NCBI GenBank assembly: GCA_036172245.1
Contig: JAYWIR010000029.1
Span: 806,001 to 870,000 of the forward strand
Direction: 5' to 3'
Source of the DNA: Raillietiella orientalis
Lineage: Eukaryota
Length of the DNA stretch: 64,000 nt
Shown: in pieces, positions 49,501-62,867 of the stretch
Layout of the letters: every line of letters begins with the position of its first letter
Numbering within the stretch: position 1 is the first letter of the stretch
Notes under the pieces: generated by a model
Told to the model about the DNA's origin: nothing
Seen by the model: only the letters and a program-made list of their open reading frames with translations
Databases searched by the model: none
Made by a program: the position numbers and the translations under genes

Positions 49501-52500
49501 CGATCCTCCGTGGTCGGAGAGTCTTGCAAGTGTGCCGGTGGCACGCTTCCCTCCGTGCCGCTCCCTTCCTCCCTGCCGTTCGAAGTGTTGAGGGATCAGC
49601 TGGGAAACGCGAGCATGGACACGTCGCCACCGGGAGCTCGGCAGGGTCGCTCTCCTGTCGAGGGACCTCTTGTTCCTGTGGGAGCAACGCAAGGGTTCTT
49701 ATCTCTATGGAAGGAATTGCGTGCGCTGGTGGCATCTGGGAGATCTCCTGGCTCACACGGAGGCACACTACGCGCACAAATACACAAGGGAGGGGAAGGG
49801 GGGGAGAGAGACAGAAGATCGCGCACGTGCGAGAGCCAAGAGGAGCACTTCTGAGAGCGCATGCGGGGTGATGGTTCGTTTCAGACTTCGGGACCTCCCG
49901 TACCGGACGCGCAGCGACGAAGTCCCCAACACCATTGCTCCTGTGATCGTGAGTCTTCTGTTATCTGGCATCTGGAGTTTACTTGCCACGTTCCTGGTGC
50001 ACTAGAAACAGGGAACGAGCTGCTGCTGCTGGTTTCTCTCTCTCTTTCTCCCCCCCCCCTCCCGTTGTGGAGAGCAGCAGTGTTCGTATTCGGAGGAACG
50101 TTGGCAGATGGCGCTAGATGTGCCGTGCAGTGCACCGCGTGCATCTCGAGGATGTGTGACCGATCAGTAGCTCACTTCGAGATTCGCGGTGAGCGCCCGT
50201 TCCCGGAAACGGTTGTCGTGGTTTTCAGCGAGATCACCTGCTTTCCGAACAGCCCTTTTAGACTCCGCTGGGGCAGGGGTTGAACCCTGCTCTTGGACGT
50301 AGTCCAGCAAGATACAAGGAGCAGATTTTTTTTTCTTCCCCCTTTTCGTGACGTCAACTAAATTGTCAGGCGGACTTGATGGGAGGGCAGCAACGGTTCC
50401 TCTTTTCTCCAACAAAAGAGGAGAGGCAAAAATGAAGCTATGGATGCGTTGGCAGGAGGGTTGCTTCTCTGGGCTTCGGAGACGGACTCCCCTCTACTCG
50501 TACTCTTTTCCTCGGCACCTTAATTGGTCCTGCTGAGAGCGGCCACTCGAAGCTCGGTTTGATATCCGCGTGGAACAGTTTCCTCCATTCTCTATGAAAT
50601 CTGGGTGCTGGAGGACTGAAGATGTCAGGTCCACCACCAGAGGAAGCATCTGCTGATGTGTTCTTCCATATCTCCCCCTTTTTCTCCGCCCGTTTGCCTC
50701 CTTGACTCTTCCTGCGCCGCCTTCCGATCCGTAGCCAATTTTTTCTTTCCCGCACCCTCCTTGTGCACTCCGTCGGCCTGTCTCCGCAGAGTTGACTTTC
50801 GCACCCTCAAAGTCCCTGGTAGAACACGAGATGGTGCTGTCTCGTCGAGCCGTAGCCTACTGACATCTCGGGTTCGCCGGAAACGCGCGCGGCGCGATCC
50901 GCGAGGGGGAGCAGGTCTTCGTCTCCGCGGACAGCTCCCTTTGCACGTGTTGGGGCTCCCGGCTTTCTTTCGAGCCCGTCGTGCTGCCGGCAGAGGAGAA
51001 CGGCGGGCCCGTGCTGGCACCTGAAACCGGCACAAGCTTTTCATTTGCACCGTTAAGGTGGCGCCAGGGTTCCCACTGCTGGGTCTTGCTTTCTCTCATC
51101 GAAGCCGCAGCGGGAGGTGTAGGTTGCCCCATGCGACAAGCGCTCGGGCAAAGGGTCTTCCGAACGACCCGTCTGGCGTTGTGCATGTCGATCAGCCCCC
51201 ACCGTCCAGGGCTGGAATTCGTCCAGCCCGCTCCCCTGCAAGTGCCGTTTTGTGGGCCACTTTCCCAGTCGGCTCGCCTTGTTTTTCCCTCGCCTGTCGT
51301 GCGCAAACTTCCCTTTGATCCTGCCGCGGCCGAGCGCCGCTGCTCCGCACGCCAACCACCCAGGGTGCCCGGGGTGGCTTATCGTTTCCCTGGAAATCGC
51401 TTCTCACGAAGGAGAGGAGCTGGTATCCGGTTCGTGCGCTGCTTCAAGAGATGGAAGCGGCCTCGTTGACGACTTCCACTTTACCGCACACTTTCTTTCT
51501 TCCTGGTTGCAGCCTCTGGGAGCTGCACCAATGTTTGCTTTTGCGTTCTCGCTCTTATGCAGAAGGCGATACCGGTGCCACCGCTTACGGCGCGCGGACA
51601 TTGAAGGGTGCCTATAGAAACTGCGGCCCATTTGCCTTGCTCCCTGGAAGGCAGGAATCCCGGAGCCTTCCTTCCTTGCTACCCCTTAAAGGAAATTAGA
51701 CGTTATGTTGCCTGTTATTCCTCGGATGCTCCTCCACAGAAATTCCGATTGTTTTTTTTTTTCCTTCTCATTTCTTCTCATTCTCCTTCCCTGACCTTTC
51801 GACCCGTTTCGGTCAGCTTCCTGCCAAGAAGAGATGGAAATGCAATCGAGGCTAATCCCCGGGTCCCCTGGGCGTCCTTTCCTCCGCGTTCCGGCGTCCT
51901 CTGCTGTGACGAGTGTGCCATCTTTCAGAGGAGGCAGCAGCAGCCCCTGCAGCGGCGCGACCCTCTTCAGAGCTTCCGTCCTCACACGCAGTCTCACGCT
52001 TTTGCCTCTCTCGTCTCGTACACGCGGACACTGTGCGGGCCATGAAGGAGTTATCCCGGTGACCACAGGCCGAGAGAGCGCGAAAGAGAACCCCCGAAAA
52101 AGAGCCACCCACGAGAAGCTGCATCCTTACTGCGTTCCCGGAAGAAGGCGGACTGGGAAGCGACACGCGAGCTGCTCTCAGCAGCGATTCGTCTGGCTAT
52201 CGGCGCTTCTGGCGGCGGATGTCGAGTTCGAAAAGGTCAATTCCCAAAAGCGTCAGAGATGGCGAGACTTCGAGCTCAAGAAGTGAAGCATCGAAAAAAG
52301 GGCAGCTTTTTTTCTCTCTCTCTCTGCCAGGATCTCTGGAGCGATGGGAGAGGAGCGTCGATTCCATGGCGACGCTCTCCACTTGCTGGAGCAACGCCAC
52401 ATCTTCGCGCGCCACACGCATCTTCTCACACGCGCAGCACGCCGGGCGAGTCACTTTGAAGGCCTTCGAGTGCAGCCGCTCCCGGAACGCAGGAGGTGGA

Positions 52501-55500
52501 AAGGCGAGTGGGAGAGCGGGGTGGCTCCTGAGCTCGGGATCGGAAAGCGGCCGGCCAATCTGGAGCAGGGGGAAAGCCTCCAGTTCGGTCACAGGTCATC
52601 CAGCCGGTGCCTCCTTTCGACGCCTCCTGAGTCGCAATCACACCCCATCCGCTTCCCCCCCGGCTCGTGCTGTCGCACGGCTCCTTCCCCCACGTCCCTT
52701 TCTCTAGTCGACTCGTTCCCATGCAGACGCCCTGCAAGGTTTCTCCTGTGCGGGGGCTGATGGAGCGACCAGCTGAGATCCGGGAATGGGACTTGGAAAA
52801 GGACACTCCTTCGCGAGCCGGGTCCCTTGCTGAGGGTCGGGGATATGAGAGTTCCGATCTGTGGAGAGAGGGGAGAAAGGTAGTGGTCATCGCACGGCCT
52901 CTCGTCGGCGAACACGGGGTCTTCCGGTCGGGAAAGTTAGAGGTTAGGTCAGAGTTTTCCGAGTTTTGCGCCTCCTCTCTGTCGTCCTCTTCCACTCCTC
53001 CCGGAGTTGGTGGGATACCCGCATTCGATTAAGTAGCCGCAGGGGCGAGTATACTCTGCTCTCCCTCGCCGCGAGGACCCACCATGTTCCCTCTCGCGGG
53101 TGCGGGAGAGACTTCAGCCGGCGTGACCACGGGTTTCCCTCGCCCACGCGTCGAAAGTCTTCCTCGGCCTCTCTTCCTTCCCGCCTCTCCCTGTTTCAAC
53201 CATGCTGCCCCGCCCGCTGCCGGGAGCTTTTGTCGTGTCCTGGAGGTCGGGCCAGAGGATCCTGCAGTGGTCAGCGACTTTCCAGGAAGGTATCCTCTGA
53301 CCAAAAGGCTGGTCGCGCTCAGGGGGGCGGTCATAGGGGAGGACTGTGTGGGGGGACGGAGTCCCACCTCTTCGCAGGGATCGCCACGAGCTCTTCTCCG
53401 CCGGAAGCTCCCGTTCGCCGGCAAGGAGGTGAAGGCGGAGGGAAGGGGGAGGAGCAAGGAGCGGATTGGAAAGTCAAGCCGTCCGCAAGCGGCGGAGAGG
53501 AGGGGAAGATGAGACGCCTCTCCGAAGACCGCACCGGGATCGCCCTCATCTCGGGTTGCGCGACGCCCGTTGCTTCCGCTCAAGCGGGAGCAACGGGCTC
53601 CTGCTGAGCTCAGGTCTCCGGGATCCTCATCTTCCCTGTCTATGCTGGTCACAGCGCGCGCCACCTCCGCCAAAAGGGCAAGACGAAAGGGCACCTCCGG
53701 GTCCATTCTCGAGAACGCCGTTTCCGGGGAGCGCCTCCAGGCTGGAAAAAAAAAAAGTCAGAGAGGAAATGGATGGATGCCGCGCTGGCGCCCGCGTGCA
53801 GTCCGCTAGCGGACCGGAAATCCCGGAGAAGGCCAGGACTCAGTCCGCCCCGCTGTCCTCCCTGCTCTCGCGCCTTTCTGAGCTGCATCCCTCTGGGCTT
53901 GCTCCGGCGCTGGTCCCGATGACCCACGTCTTTGGAGATCGCCGCCAGAACTCCACTTTCGCGTCACGAAGGCCGGGTGCCTTCGGGCGGGATCTTCGGC
54001 TTCGCGCGAACCAACCGCTGGGAGACGCGGCGGCCAAAAGGCTTGGCGGCAGCCACCGCTACCGCCGCCCGCCAAGCTGACTGGAAGGACGCCGTGGCTC
54101 CGAGAGCGCGATTGTCACCGGAAACCCCTCGCCCGGCCGGAGGAAGGCAGGAGAGGCTGCGTTGGCGATGTGGGGGGCGCGTGCGGAATGGAGGCAGGCA
54201 GGCGAAGTGCTCGCAGGAGGGGAAGAAAGGCTCAGGGGGTGCGGAGGAAAGGAAGGGGAGGCGCGCAACTGTAGGAAAACAGATAGAGAGTGTCGAAGAA
54301 CAAAAGGGGGAGAGGGGAGGGAGAGAACAGTACGAATCGTAGGTCAGGGGCCGGAGGGCACCTCTGCCTGAAAATGATTCTTCACTCACGGGCTATTTTT
54401 AGTCTTGCGGCGGCAGAAGGGAAGAAAGAGAGGGAAAGAAAGAAGGAAGATGAGGAACGCTTCTTACTCTCGCCTTGGCCTTGCGCGCCGTCGGCGGTCT
54501 ATTTTTACCACTTCCTTCGCCGCCTGGTCATTACGTCGGCCATCCCGAGCCGAAGACGCCTTGTAATTTGGCAGGTGCTCGCGGGAAATCGTTCCTGATT
54601 GCGGCATGCCCGTAAATGGGACCTGCGGCATCTTCTGCGTCCGGGAACTTTTGCTCCCCGGGCTGTCTGCCATGCCCTGACGATCGGACGGTCCACCGGG
54701 CCCGAGAGCAAAGAGAGAGAAGGAGGAGAGAGAAACTCATGGGCGCGCGCTGCTTACCTGTAAGTGCGCTTGCACGCATTGCGTATGCACCTCAGAGACG
54801 CCCGCATTTGCCTCCCCACCGTCCTCCTTCCTCCCCTTCGACATCCAGCATCCTCGACCGAGATCGCACAAAAGAAGGCAACCGCGGCGATTGCCGCCCC
54901 GAGCGCGCGCGATGGCGGGGAGGCCCTGCGGCGATGTTTCGGTTTTCTCCCTTCACAATCAGGGGACGGGAGGTCCTGAACTGCCGCGCACAGACCGGGG
55001 GGACTTCCCCGCGAAGGAGGCTCCGGGTGTGACGCGGGAGGAGCCGAAGAAATGCGCAAGGACCTTCGCGAGTCGGATGCCCTCTTCTGCCGAAACGCCT
55101 TCCCCCAGTCCGGAGTCACGCGATGGAGAGGGTCCATCTGCTCGAGCTTCGCCGTTGTCGAGGGCAACCTTGCCGGAAGCAGAGACTCCTCTCTTCAGCC
55201 GCTCCGGCGAGTTCGGAACAGTCGGACGCTAACCGCCCTTTTGTCCTTCGACCCCGCCGCGTCCCTGCGCTCGTCCGGATGCCGCCGCCGCGGCGCGGCA
55301 GCCCCCGGCAGCTTCCTCCTCCTCCTCCCCCTCCCAGTTCACGAACTCTCCGCTACCGAATCTCGGCGCTCCCTGAGGTGCCGAGCGCCAGAATCGCCGG
55401 GGGATGTCTCTGACGGCCCGCTCGCTCCCGCATCTTCGGCGGTTCCCGGCGAGGTCTTCCTTCTTCTTCCCTAAACGTCCCCGTTTTTAGGGGAGGGTCT

Positions 55501-57200
55501 GCAAACCGTTTGGAAGGATAGCAAGGAGTCCACCTTCCCCCCTCCTACCCTTCGCGTTTCCGTTGCTTTCAGCTTTTGTCCCAATATCTCGTTCGGGCGC
55601 AAGTCCCATCGTCAGACGCGTTGGGACGTGCAGAAACAGAAACACCCTCAAGCGCAGGTCGGGATTCTGAAGCGCCGTTCGGAGATCTCTGCGGGAAGGC
55701 GCCTATGAGTTCGGGATCGCTGCTGCTGAATCTCGGCATCCAGAGCTCGTCTCCTGGCTGGCGGCGCCCCCTTCGCATACGACCGCCGAGAGAGCTCCCA
55801 CGTACGGAATGGGTCTGCGCCCTTGCCGCTGTCTCGCTGCGACGTGCAGGTGACCCGGAAATCGCGCCGTCTCTTAATGCAGGACTCGCTATGGGCGCGC
55901 GGCGGGTCTGCGCTCTTCCGGTTCCTGTGGGTCCCTTCCGTCCTTTGGGAGGTTGCGACCCGCGGATTCGAAATGGTTGGGGAGGAGGAAGAAGCACGAA
56001 ACATCCGGTCTCCCCCCGTCCCAGCGCGGGTGGTGACGGGAAGTTGGGACACGTGGCTGGGTCTCTGCCTTCGCCCTTCCCTCTCTCCGCTGCGAATTTC
56101 TGCTTCTCGAAGGACCAAAGGACGCTCTCTTCGCCGGCCTCCAACTCTGCCTCCGCACGCGCACGAGCGCGCATCCGACTCGCGGTTTCGACTTCTCTCC
56201 TCCCCGCCCGTGTCATCCGGGTCAGGACAGGTCAGACGTGCTGGTTTCGCGATCCTCCTCGGTACGCCCTCGCGAAAGCGCCCGCTTCGGAGGCACCGCA
56301 GCTTTCAGATCAAAAAGCCGCGAGGATTCTGCAGGATGGACGACGCCCGGGACATCCCGCGCGCTTCATGCACCCATCGGGCGTTCTTTCCCGATCGTCC
56401 TGTTCTGCTCAGGAGCGCGGCTGAGAGAGAACCACGGAACTCTGTGATGCTGGCGCGGGATGCACAGCCGTACCGCCTCGCCCCTCCCCGTTCTTCGTCG
56501 CGGTCCTCCTCTGCAGGTGTCCGCCGAACAAGAGGCCTGGAGCGTTCAGCGAAAGAGAGAGGACGCTAATGAGTCTCCCCTGTTGGCTCACAGAGGCCAG
56601 GCCAGACGCCGCTGCGAGCAGCACGCTGGTTCTTGGGGCAATCGGTGAATGAACGGACCATTTTTCTCAGCGAGTAGGCACGGGATAATGACGAGCGGTG
56701 CCATTAGGTCTCGAACGCCACCTGCGAGGTCGCGCGGCTCTCAAAACTTTGCACGCCGCTGCCTCTTGAGCAATGGGGATGTTCCTGAAACCATGAGTTC
56801 AGAGTGCTGGTTCAGAAAGTCAGCCTGCCGGCGCTGTTGCGTGCTCTTCAGATGCTGCAGTGCGTGCTCGCGTGTGCTCAGTGAGTGACCTCTGTTCGTT
56901 CCCCGGTCCTTTCAGCTCATCCAGTGGCGTTTCCTTTGATCGAAGGCTGCGGCAGAGCTCCAGGTAGTGCGAAAGAGATCCGACGTGGAAAACACGAATC
57001 CCGGACTTGGCGCCGTCCTTTGCTCTAGGAGAAACTTCGTAGGGTAACTTTCATTGGGAATCGTGCATCTTTCCTGCTTCCCTTGCGGTTCTTCCCCCCT
57101 CGAGGAACGGCTTCCATTTGCCTCCGGGAAAGGCGTTTTGCCAGGGAAGCCGCCCCTTGCTGCCTTTCTTGTGCTTTGCAAAAGTTGACCAGCCACTTCG
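40530..57200. other. Sharply bounded GC- and CpG-rich domain with purine/pyrimidine tracts; no recognisable protein
   Basis: By eye it is roughly 60-65% GC, against roughly 30-37% at 6.4-19 kb. It has long overlapping ORFs in all six frames with P/R/S/G-rich translations, many (CCT)n, (GA)n and G/C runs, and an abrupt start after an A/T tract at 40460-40530. Confidence 0.8.
48269..48281. promoter_or_regulatory. Nuclear-receptor IR1 (ecdysone response element-like) motif
   Basis: GGGTCA-T-TGACAT has one mismatch to RGKTCAnTGAMCY and sits in a locally AT-richer, enhancer-like patch. A single motif could occur by chance. Confidence 0.25.
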
Positions 57201-57397
57201 AGTGGATTAGGGGAAATACGTGAGATGCGAAGCGAAGCACAGGAGATGACTGATGTTAAGGTCTGCTTCGTAGAGGGGCTGATTTCACTGAGGAAGGATA
57301 TCTGATCTCACTTGGACAAGTGTTCGCCATCGGACGGTCGAATGCTGTGACGAAACGCTTCCAAGTTCTTTATGGGTTGATCTGAGCAGGGGTAAAA

Positions 57398-57423
57398 AAC
57401 AACAACAACAACAACAACAACAA
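57398..57423. repeat. (AAC)n microsatellite
   Basis: About 8 AAC units. Confidence 0.9.
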
Positions 57424-58293
57424 ATGCGGTGGATTCGTCTTGAAAAAAATAAAAATAAAAATTCGCCAGCCTCAATTTAAGCGTTCCTTTCTGTAAGCGT
57501 TATCACGTCGAGCAATGGGTGGTAATGGTTTTCCGCATAGTTAGCAATTGATCACAGTAAATAAAGTTCTGGTTCATTGAAGAGATGTGCCTTGTCGGTT
57601 CATGCAGTCTCCGTATGCCTTTTACCCCGTGATAATGGCGAACGTTAAACAACCGTCCCTTTCATCTTTCACCAAGTGTTCCTTAAGAAGTAGCAAATCA
57701 ATCCAGTGTTCCTCTATCCGTTTCTGGATGCCTTCTTTTCGAAGCTCGTCTGTTTGCAGCCCAATCCGACCGGCCCAAAAGATACTCTCCACCTTGGAAA
57801 TCTTTGCATCTTCCTGAGTGAAAAATGTGTGCATATATGTGTTGCATTATTGATTTTTGCTTCCTTTACACTTTGGTAACTTGTCTTCGTAGGTGGCATC
57901 GTCTTTCTCTTCGAGCTTTCCCTTTCTTCAGCGATGCCACAGGACGTTGCTTTCCTGTTGAGCTCCAAACTTCTGCAAAGACTCACTTCTCGTGCTCAGT
58001 TCATCCCTGATTTAAAGTAGCCCATTCCGGGCTCGTTTAGCTGCTCTTCCTTGTGGTTCTTCTCACATCTGGAGGGGGGTTCTGACATTTGTTCTTCTGC
58101 AATTAATGTTCACTTTGTATTTTTCAGATTATGCGTGAAGAGATAGCAGGATCCCGGATAGATTTCGATATGATGTTGAATCGGATGATTGCAGAGATAT
58201 GGACTGCTCATCAGTAACTTATCTTTTCATAATCTTCATGTTGAAACGGATCGAAATTTCCTCAGAAATACAGAAAATGCAGGGTAAATATGC

Positions 58294-58587
58294 AATCCAT
58301 CGTTTGCGAAGTTTCTTCTTGCTGCGAGGACGGCCTCTGAGTTGGATGTGGCGAGGGAGGGAGAAGCGGATGGAAAGTTCGAGCTTGAAGTTCGAGGCGG
58401 TTGGGTTGAATGACCCATCTCAGGGGATGGTCACTCAAGATCACCACAGATCACCACCATCCCTCTCGAGGGATGGTGATGACCTTGAGTCGCAGGAATC
58501 CCTCCGAGTTTCCTGTTCCGTAGGCATCGGTGAAAGACTTTATTTTCCTGCACCCTGTCCCCTAGATGAAAGCAGCTGGTTTCGTGG
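58294..58587 (+). repeat. 294-bp inverted repeat, left copy (partner 62868-63161)
   Basis: It is the reverse complement of 62868-63161. The ORF track shows identical translations on opposite strands (RSFFLLRGRPLSW...DESSWFRG). Confidence 0.96.
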
Positions 58588-58787
58588 TGACCTCGGAGAG
58601 CAGTGCATTCTCTCGTGAATTGCAAGCAAAACTCGTTTTCAATGATTCTTCTTGAACGCTTTCCCATCTGGTGCGCGGCACTACTTCAGATTCTTCCTTG
58701 AAGGGGGCTCATGCGAAATTGGCGTGCAGGCTGCCTGAGTCGTCTCCCCGTGGACAAATCGCACGTTGATTTTTCTTTGCATTCCAG

Positions 58788-59291
58788 GATACAAACGAGT
58801 GATTCGACCGCTTCGATGTGCCTCAGAATCTTCTGAAAAAGTGGGTGTGTGCATGTTCGCCTGGGATTGCATCAGGAGCAATGGGACCCACATTGGTACA
58901 TGCGTGGACCGCTTCTATTTTGGGAGCTGCTGCCAGCTGACCCGATCCTCTGTGGAAGCTTACCATGTTGAGGACAGTGTCCGTTCGACTACAAGAGAAC
59001 CCGCGAGCTCCAGTAGTTCGTTGTCGAGCACCATGGAGTACGATCCGTTCTACCCAACCAAAGAAACTCTGGAAATCCCAACGACTCCCGGCTACAACAA
59101 AAGCACGTCTGACAGCTTCGTGTCCTTGTCGTTGCACAGCAGCCACGGTGCCTCCCCCAATCTTAGTTTCGTGACGTTTTTCACGCTGATGAAAGAATCC
59201 GTATCTCCCAGTGAATCTTCCAACCCGATGGAAACGAGTGCTGGAGTCACTCCCTCTGTTACCTTCAATGGCACTGGAAGCAGCAGCACCG
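58788..59291 (+). CDS. Internal exon(s) of a clip-domain (disulfide knot) serine protease, Stubble-like family; protease domain not found in this window
   Basis: The acceptor is TTTTCTTTGCATTCCAG/ and the donor is ACCG/GTAAG. The segment encodes RPLRCASESSEKVGVCMFAWDCIRSNGTHIGTCVDRFYFGSCC followed by a Ser/Thr/Pro-rich stem. There may be a 48-nt in-frame intron at 59148-59195. Confidence 0.88.
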
Positions 59292-60217
59292 GTAAGACAA
59301 GAGTGAGAAGCTGAATTCCATGGTTTGGGAGAGTTCCTTTTTATCGTTTGGCAACAAGGGGAAAAAATCCCCCTCGTATCTTCTTGATGCTGCCAATAGT
59401 TAATCGTTGAGTCGGGACGGACTGTTGTCTTTCTCTTGCGCGTGCCACGTCTGTCCAAGAAACGTGAGACCCGCGCCTTGTCAACATCTGTTTCCCAAGC
59501 GACCGAGATCCGCACCCCATGGAAACGCTCGTTAGCGCGCACGCGCGAAACCTCAAGGAGCACGATTTCGTTTCCTTGGCTCTCCTTTTCGAGGCCTCCC
59601 TCTGTGAGTTCTGGAGCCTCAGAATCGTTGACTTCCCATGAAATTGGGGAGTTTTTTTTTATCCTCCCTCCCCATTCAAAAATTCCGCGAAGCCGAGTCA
59701 CGATCTTTCCAGTCTCCTCGTACCTCGAGAACTGCTTCTTGCAAAAAACCGTATTCTTCGAGCGTGCGTTCCGACGTCCTCCAAGTCTGGAGGAACCGTT
59801 TTCGATAGGTGGGCAGAGACCGTCGTTGCCGGGTTTCAGTTTTCGCTTCTACTAGCGGAAGCTCCTCCGCCTCTCCATCTCGTTTCCATGGTGCTTCTTC
59901 CCCGTCCCCCTTTCTCCCAACAAGGAAGAAACGGCAAACGAAAAAGATGCAACGGACCGCTCTCATGCGGAAGAGGAGGGTGATGGTGCCACTGCACCTC
60001 CTGAGTGTCCGGGCCCGGGCGCGCTTCGCAAACACGCACGCTGCATTCACGTAGCACGCGCGAACAGAAAGACGACTGGGATCCCAAGTGGTCCTGTGGA
60101 GGAACAGGCAGTTCCACCTCGGGAAGGCGAATTAGGTATCGACATTAAGATTCGGTGATATTTTCTTTCAAGTTTGTCCCTCTGAGATCGCCTCTTCGCC
60201 ACTTGGTCAGCTGCTCC

Positions 60218-60900
60218 TTAACCTGGTAAGCGGGTTTGACCTATGTATACGCATAGGTTTTGTAAAATCGCCAACGTGGTGTGTTTGACGAATATATACG
60301 CCGTGTGAAAAAAAAAAACGTTTGCTTTGAAAATAGGAAACTTCAACTAAATTGTTAAAACAATCTTATTTAAATGTGTATGTTATTTATATTTTGATCA
60401 GGACTGCAATGTGCAATTTCCTTATTGATTTTTTATCGAAACACTTTTGAAGTGATGTGAGGTGTGCTAACCAAACAAAAAATTCTTTCTTTTTCCTTTT
60501 ACATATTGGGTTGATCAAAGCTTTCATTGAAGAAGATTATAATCGGCAAAATTACAGAATATGGACAAAATGACCCTCAATATAAGATCACGACTCTCAT
60601 CGTTCTTGAACTTTCTCGTGATTTATTAGGCCAGGGATATAAATTATATTTGGATAACTGGTACGCAAGTATAGAACTCGCACAGAAAGGTATGTACTTG
60701 CAAGGAAGACAGTATTGGTACAATGCGACAGCAGAGACTTGGTATTCCTGAAGACATGAAAACCACTTCTCTAAAGAAAGGACAGTACATTGCAAGATAT
60801 AACGACAACATAATGCTATTGAAGTGGCGGGATGTACTGTTCCTCAGTATAATACATGGCTGCAATACGATGGAAACAGAAAAACGAAGTGTTGTAAAAA
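60218..60900 (+). mobile_element. piggyBac relic: probable left end plus an internal PGBD4-like transposase fragment
   Basis: TTAA-CCTGG at 60218 is followed by a subterminal palindrome (ACCTATG-TATACG-CATAGGT). 60560-60900 reads IVLELSRDLLGQGYKLYLDNWYAS / GTMRQQRLGIP....LKKGQ....IMLLKWRDVLFLSIIH, with the DNxY catalytic motif and a frameshift. No right end was found. Confidence 0.85.
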
Positions 60901-61289
60901 GACAGCTAGAGCAGGAGGTGGAAAGGTGGGAAAAAAAAGAAAGAAAAAAACAAAAACAAAGGGAAGGAGAAATCCCGAGGAACTGCTTTCTGTCTCTAGG
61001 ATTTCGTTGGTCCCATTGAAGGTTCTCAAGCGAGGGGAGGTAGCATCTCTGGATTCCTGAATCCTTCCAGTTCCAGTAATTAAACCCTGATCAGCCGATT
61101 GAAACCCTTTCCCAATGAATAACCAGTTGGCGTTGGGTTTGAGCCGATCATCTGGTTATCCGAGCCTCATGTAAGTTGGACCTCCTGCTCGCGGTGTCAC
61201 CACAACCTCTCCTCAAGTCGACAACCATCCCTTGCTCTTCCTCGGAGCCCTCGGGTCGTTTTCCCCACAAGGCATTGAAGCGGGCTTCA

Positions 61290-62700
61290 TACGTTAAGCC
61301 GCCGGCAGTGCTCTGTGGCTGGGGAGGATCGAGCTTTAGATATGTCCCACTCTTCGATCCATGGAGTCCACGGGTTCTCTGTTATCTCCCGCTCAGCTCC
61401 ATCCTTCGCCTCTTCTCGGGCCTTGAAGGATGTGCGCAAAACCTTCATCCCATCGCATACGCAGCTTGACTGTGGTTTTTCTTCATTGCTGCTGCCCGGG
61501 GCGTTGCCTCTCTTCCCCTTCCTCCTCCCGTGGCTGCACGCTTGCGTTCTGATGAAGGGAGAAGGAAACGAAGCAGGATTTCGAGTTTCCACAGAGATCG
61601 CAAACCGGTGCCAAATGCTTTCCCTACACATCCGTTTTCGTCTTGTTCTTTCATGGTTCATCTTTCATGGACTCACCACGGGCAAGCCTGGTGGTGGCCT
61701 GACGAGACCCTTCGGAATGTCTCAAGGTAAACTGTTCCTTTCGTCCTGGATCAGTCGCGAAGCCAGCAGCTACGGATCGGGCGAAGGTCGCAGCCAAAGA
61801 GCCAAGGAATGAAAGACTTTCACGCCAGAAGGAAGTTTCTTCAAGGAAGTTCTTCCTTGAAGAAGAGAAAGCCTCAGATTTGTCTTAGATGCTGCGAATT
61901 TCGCTTCCTCGATCACATCTGTCCACTGCCGTTCCAGCGTCTTTGTTTATGAAAAACTTTGCTTCACGTTGTGCTGCTGTTCGTAACTCCCCCCCCTCCC
62001 CCATGAAACCCTCGAGTGCCCAACACGTGCATGAGCGTCCTTCCCTCTTTCTTCCTCCTTTTGGAAAAAGTAAACATCCAAACGTATTGGAGTATTTACG
62101 AACCCCGCTTTCCGCATCCTCTTTGCCGGAAATGCACAGGTAAAGGAGCGCACATTAAGACGCGCTCCTGCCATAAACTCATCAAGTTGGGAACGGGAGA
62201 AATGACACTCTCCAATCAGAAGCCCATGCTTCCTTCCCCATGTATCTTATCAGTTAGGCAGCCTCATTCCACGGCCTTTATGGTTTCCAAAGATCCCTTT
62301 CCTGAGGATTAGGAATGCTTTGGATCTCTCGTGCTCAGGTTTCCCACCGGGGTATACGGTGACCCTTGGTGTTTACAGCCTGCATTTCCAGATTTTTCCA
62401 ATCCTCCGTTTCGTGGTCAGTGATTGCAGTAAGTGGCTGGACTGAGAGAGCTCTGAAGGGGTTTTCAGTGTATGAGTGGGTGCTCCTCCCGTGTTCGGTC
62501 CCGCGGATTTTTGTATATGTATCAAAAGGGGACGAACGGACTATCAGATTGAAGCCCATCGGACGGGCCCCCCAGCTACCCTTGGTTTTCGCAACTGCCA
62601 AGTGCACTTCTCTATCTGCCGAATTAGCATCACCGCGAAGCCATCAGGTTCCCCACCTCTCGACTCTTCTTCGCTCTCAGCTGCTTTTTATGATCGCTGG
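61290..62700 (-). mobile_element. Decayed Ty3/Gypsy pol relic (RNase H, then integrase)
   Basis: The minus strand shows GDANS, RPMGF, FRALSVQPLTAITDH...RIPRW, then DAHARVGH, IWHRFAI and GMKVLRTSF....DGAER. This is the RH-INT order typical of Gypsy. Confidence 0.5.
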
Positions 62701-62867
62701 ATTCTCTTGAAACCGTTCCGCAGAGCGAATACCCCGGGGGTTGCGTTCTCCAATTAGTCTCGAACAATGTGGACTATAAAGTTCAATTCTCGCTCCCGAA
62801 TCGGATGCCCTTGCGGTCGTCTTTCGCCAGTTCATCATCTGGAAGCTTCCGAAGGAACACTAAGCCG

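Noticed and set aside
59856..60135. Possible next exon of the clip protease
   Set aside because: The required phase-1 frame hits a stop. The open frame has the wrong phase and no recognisable motif.
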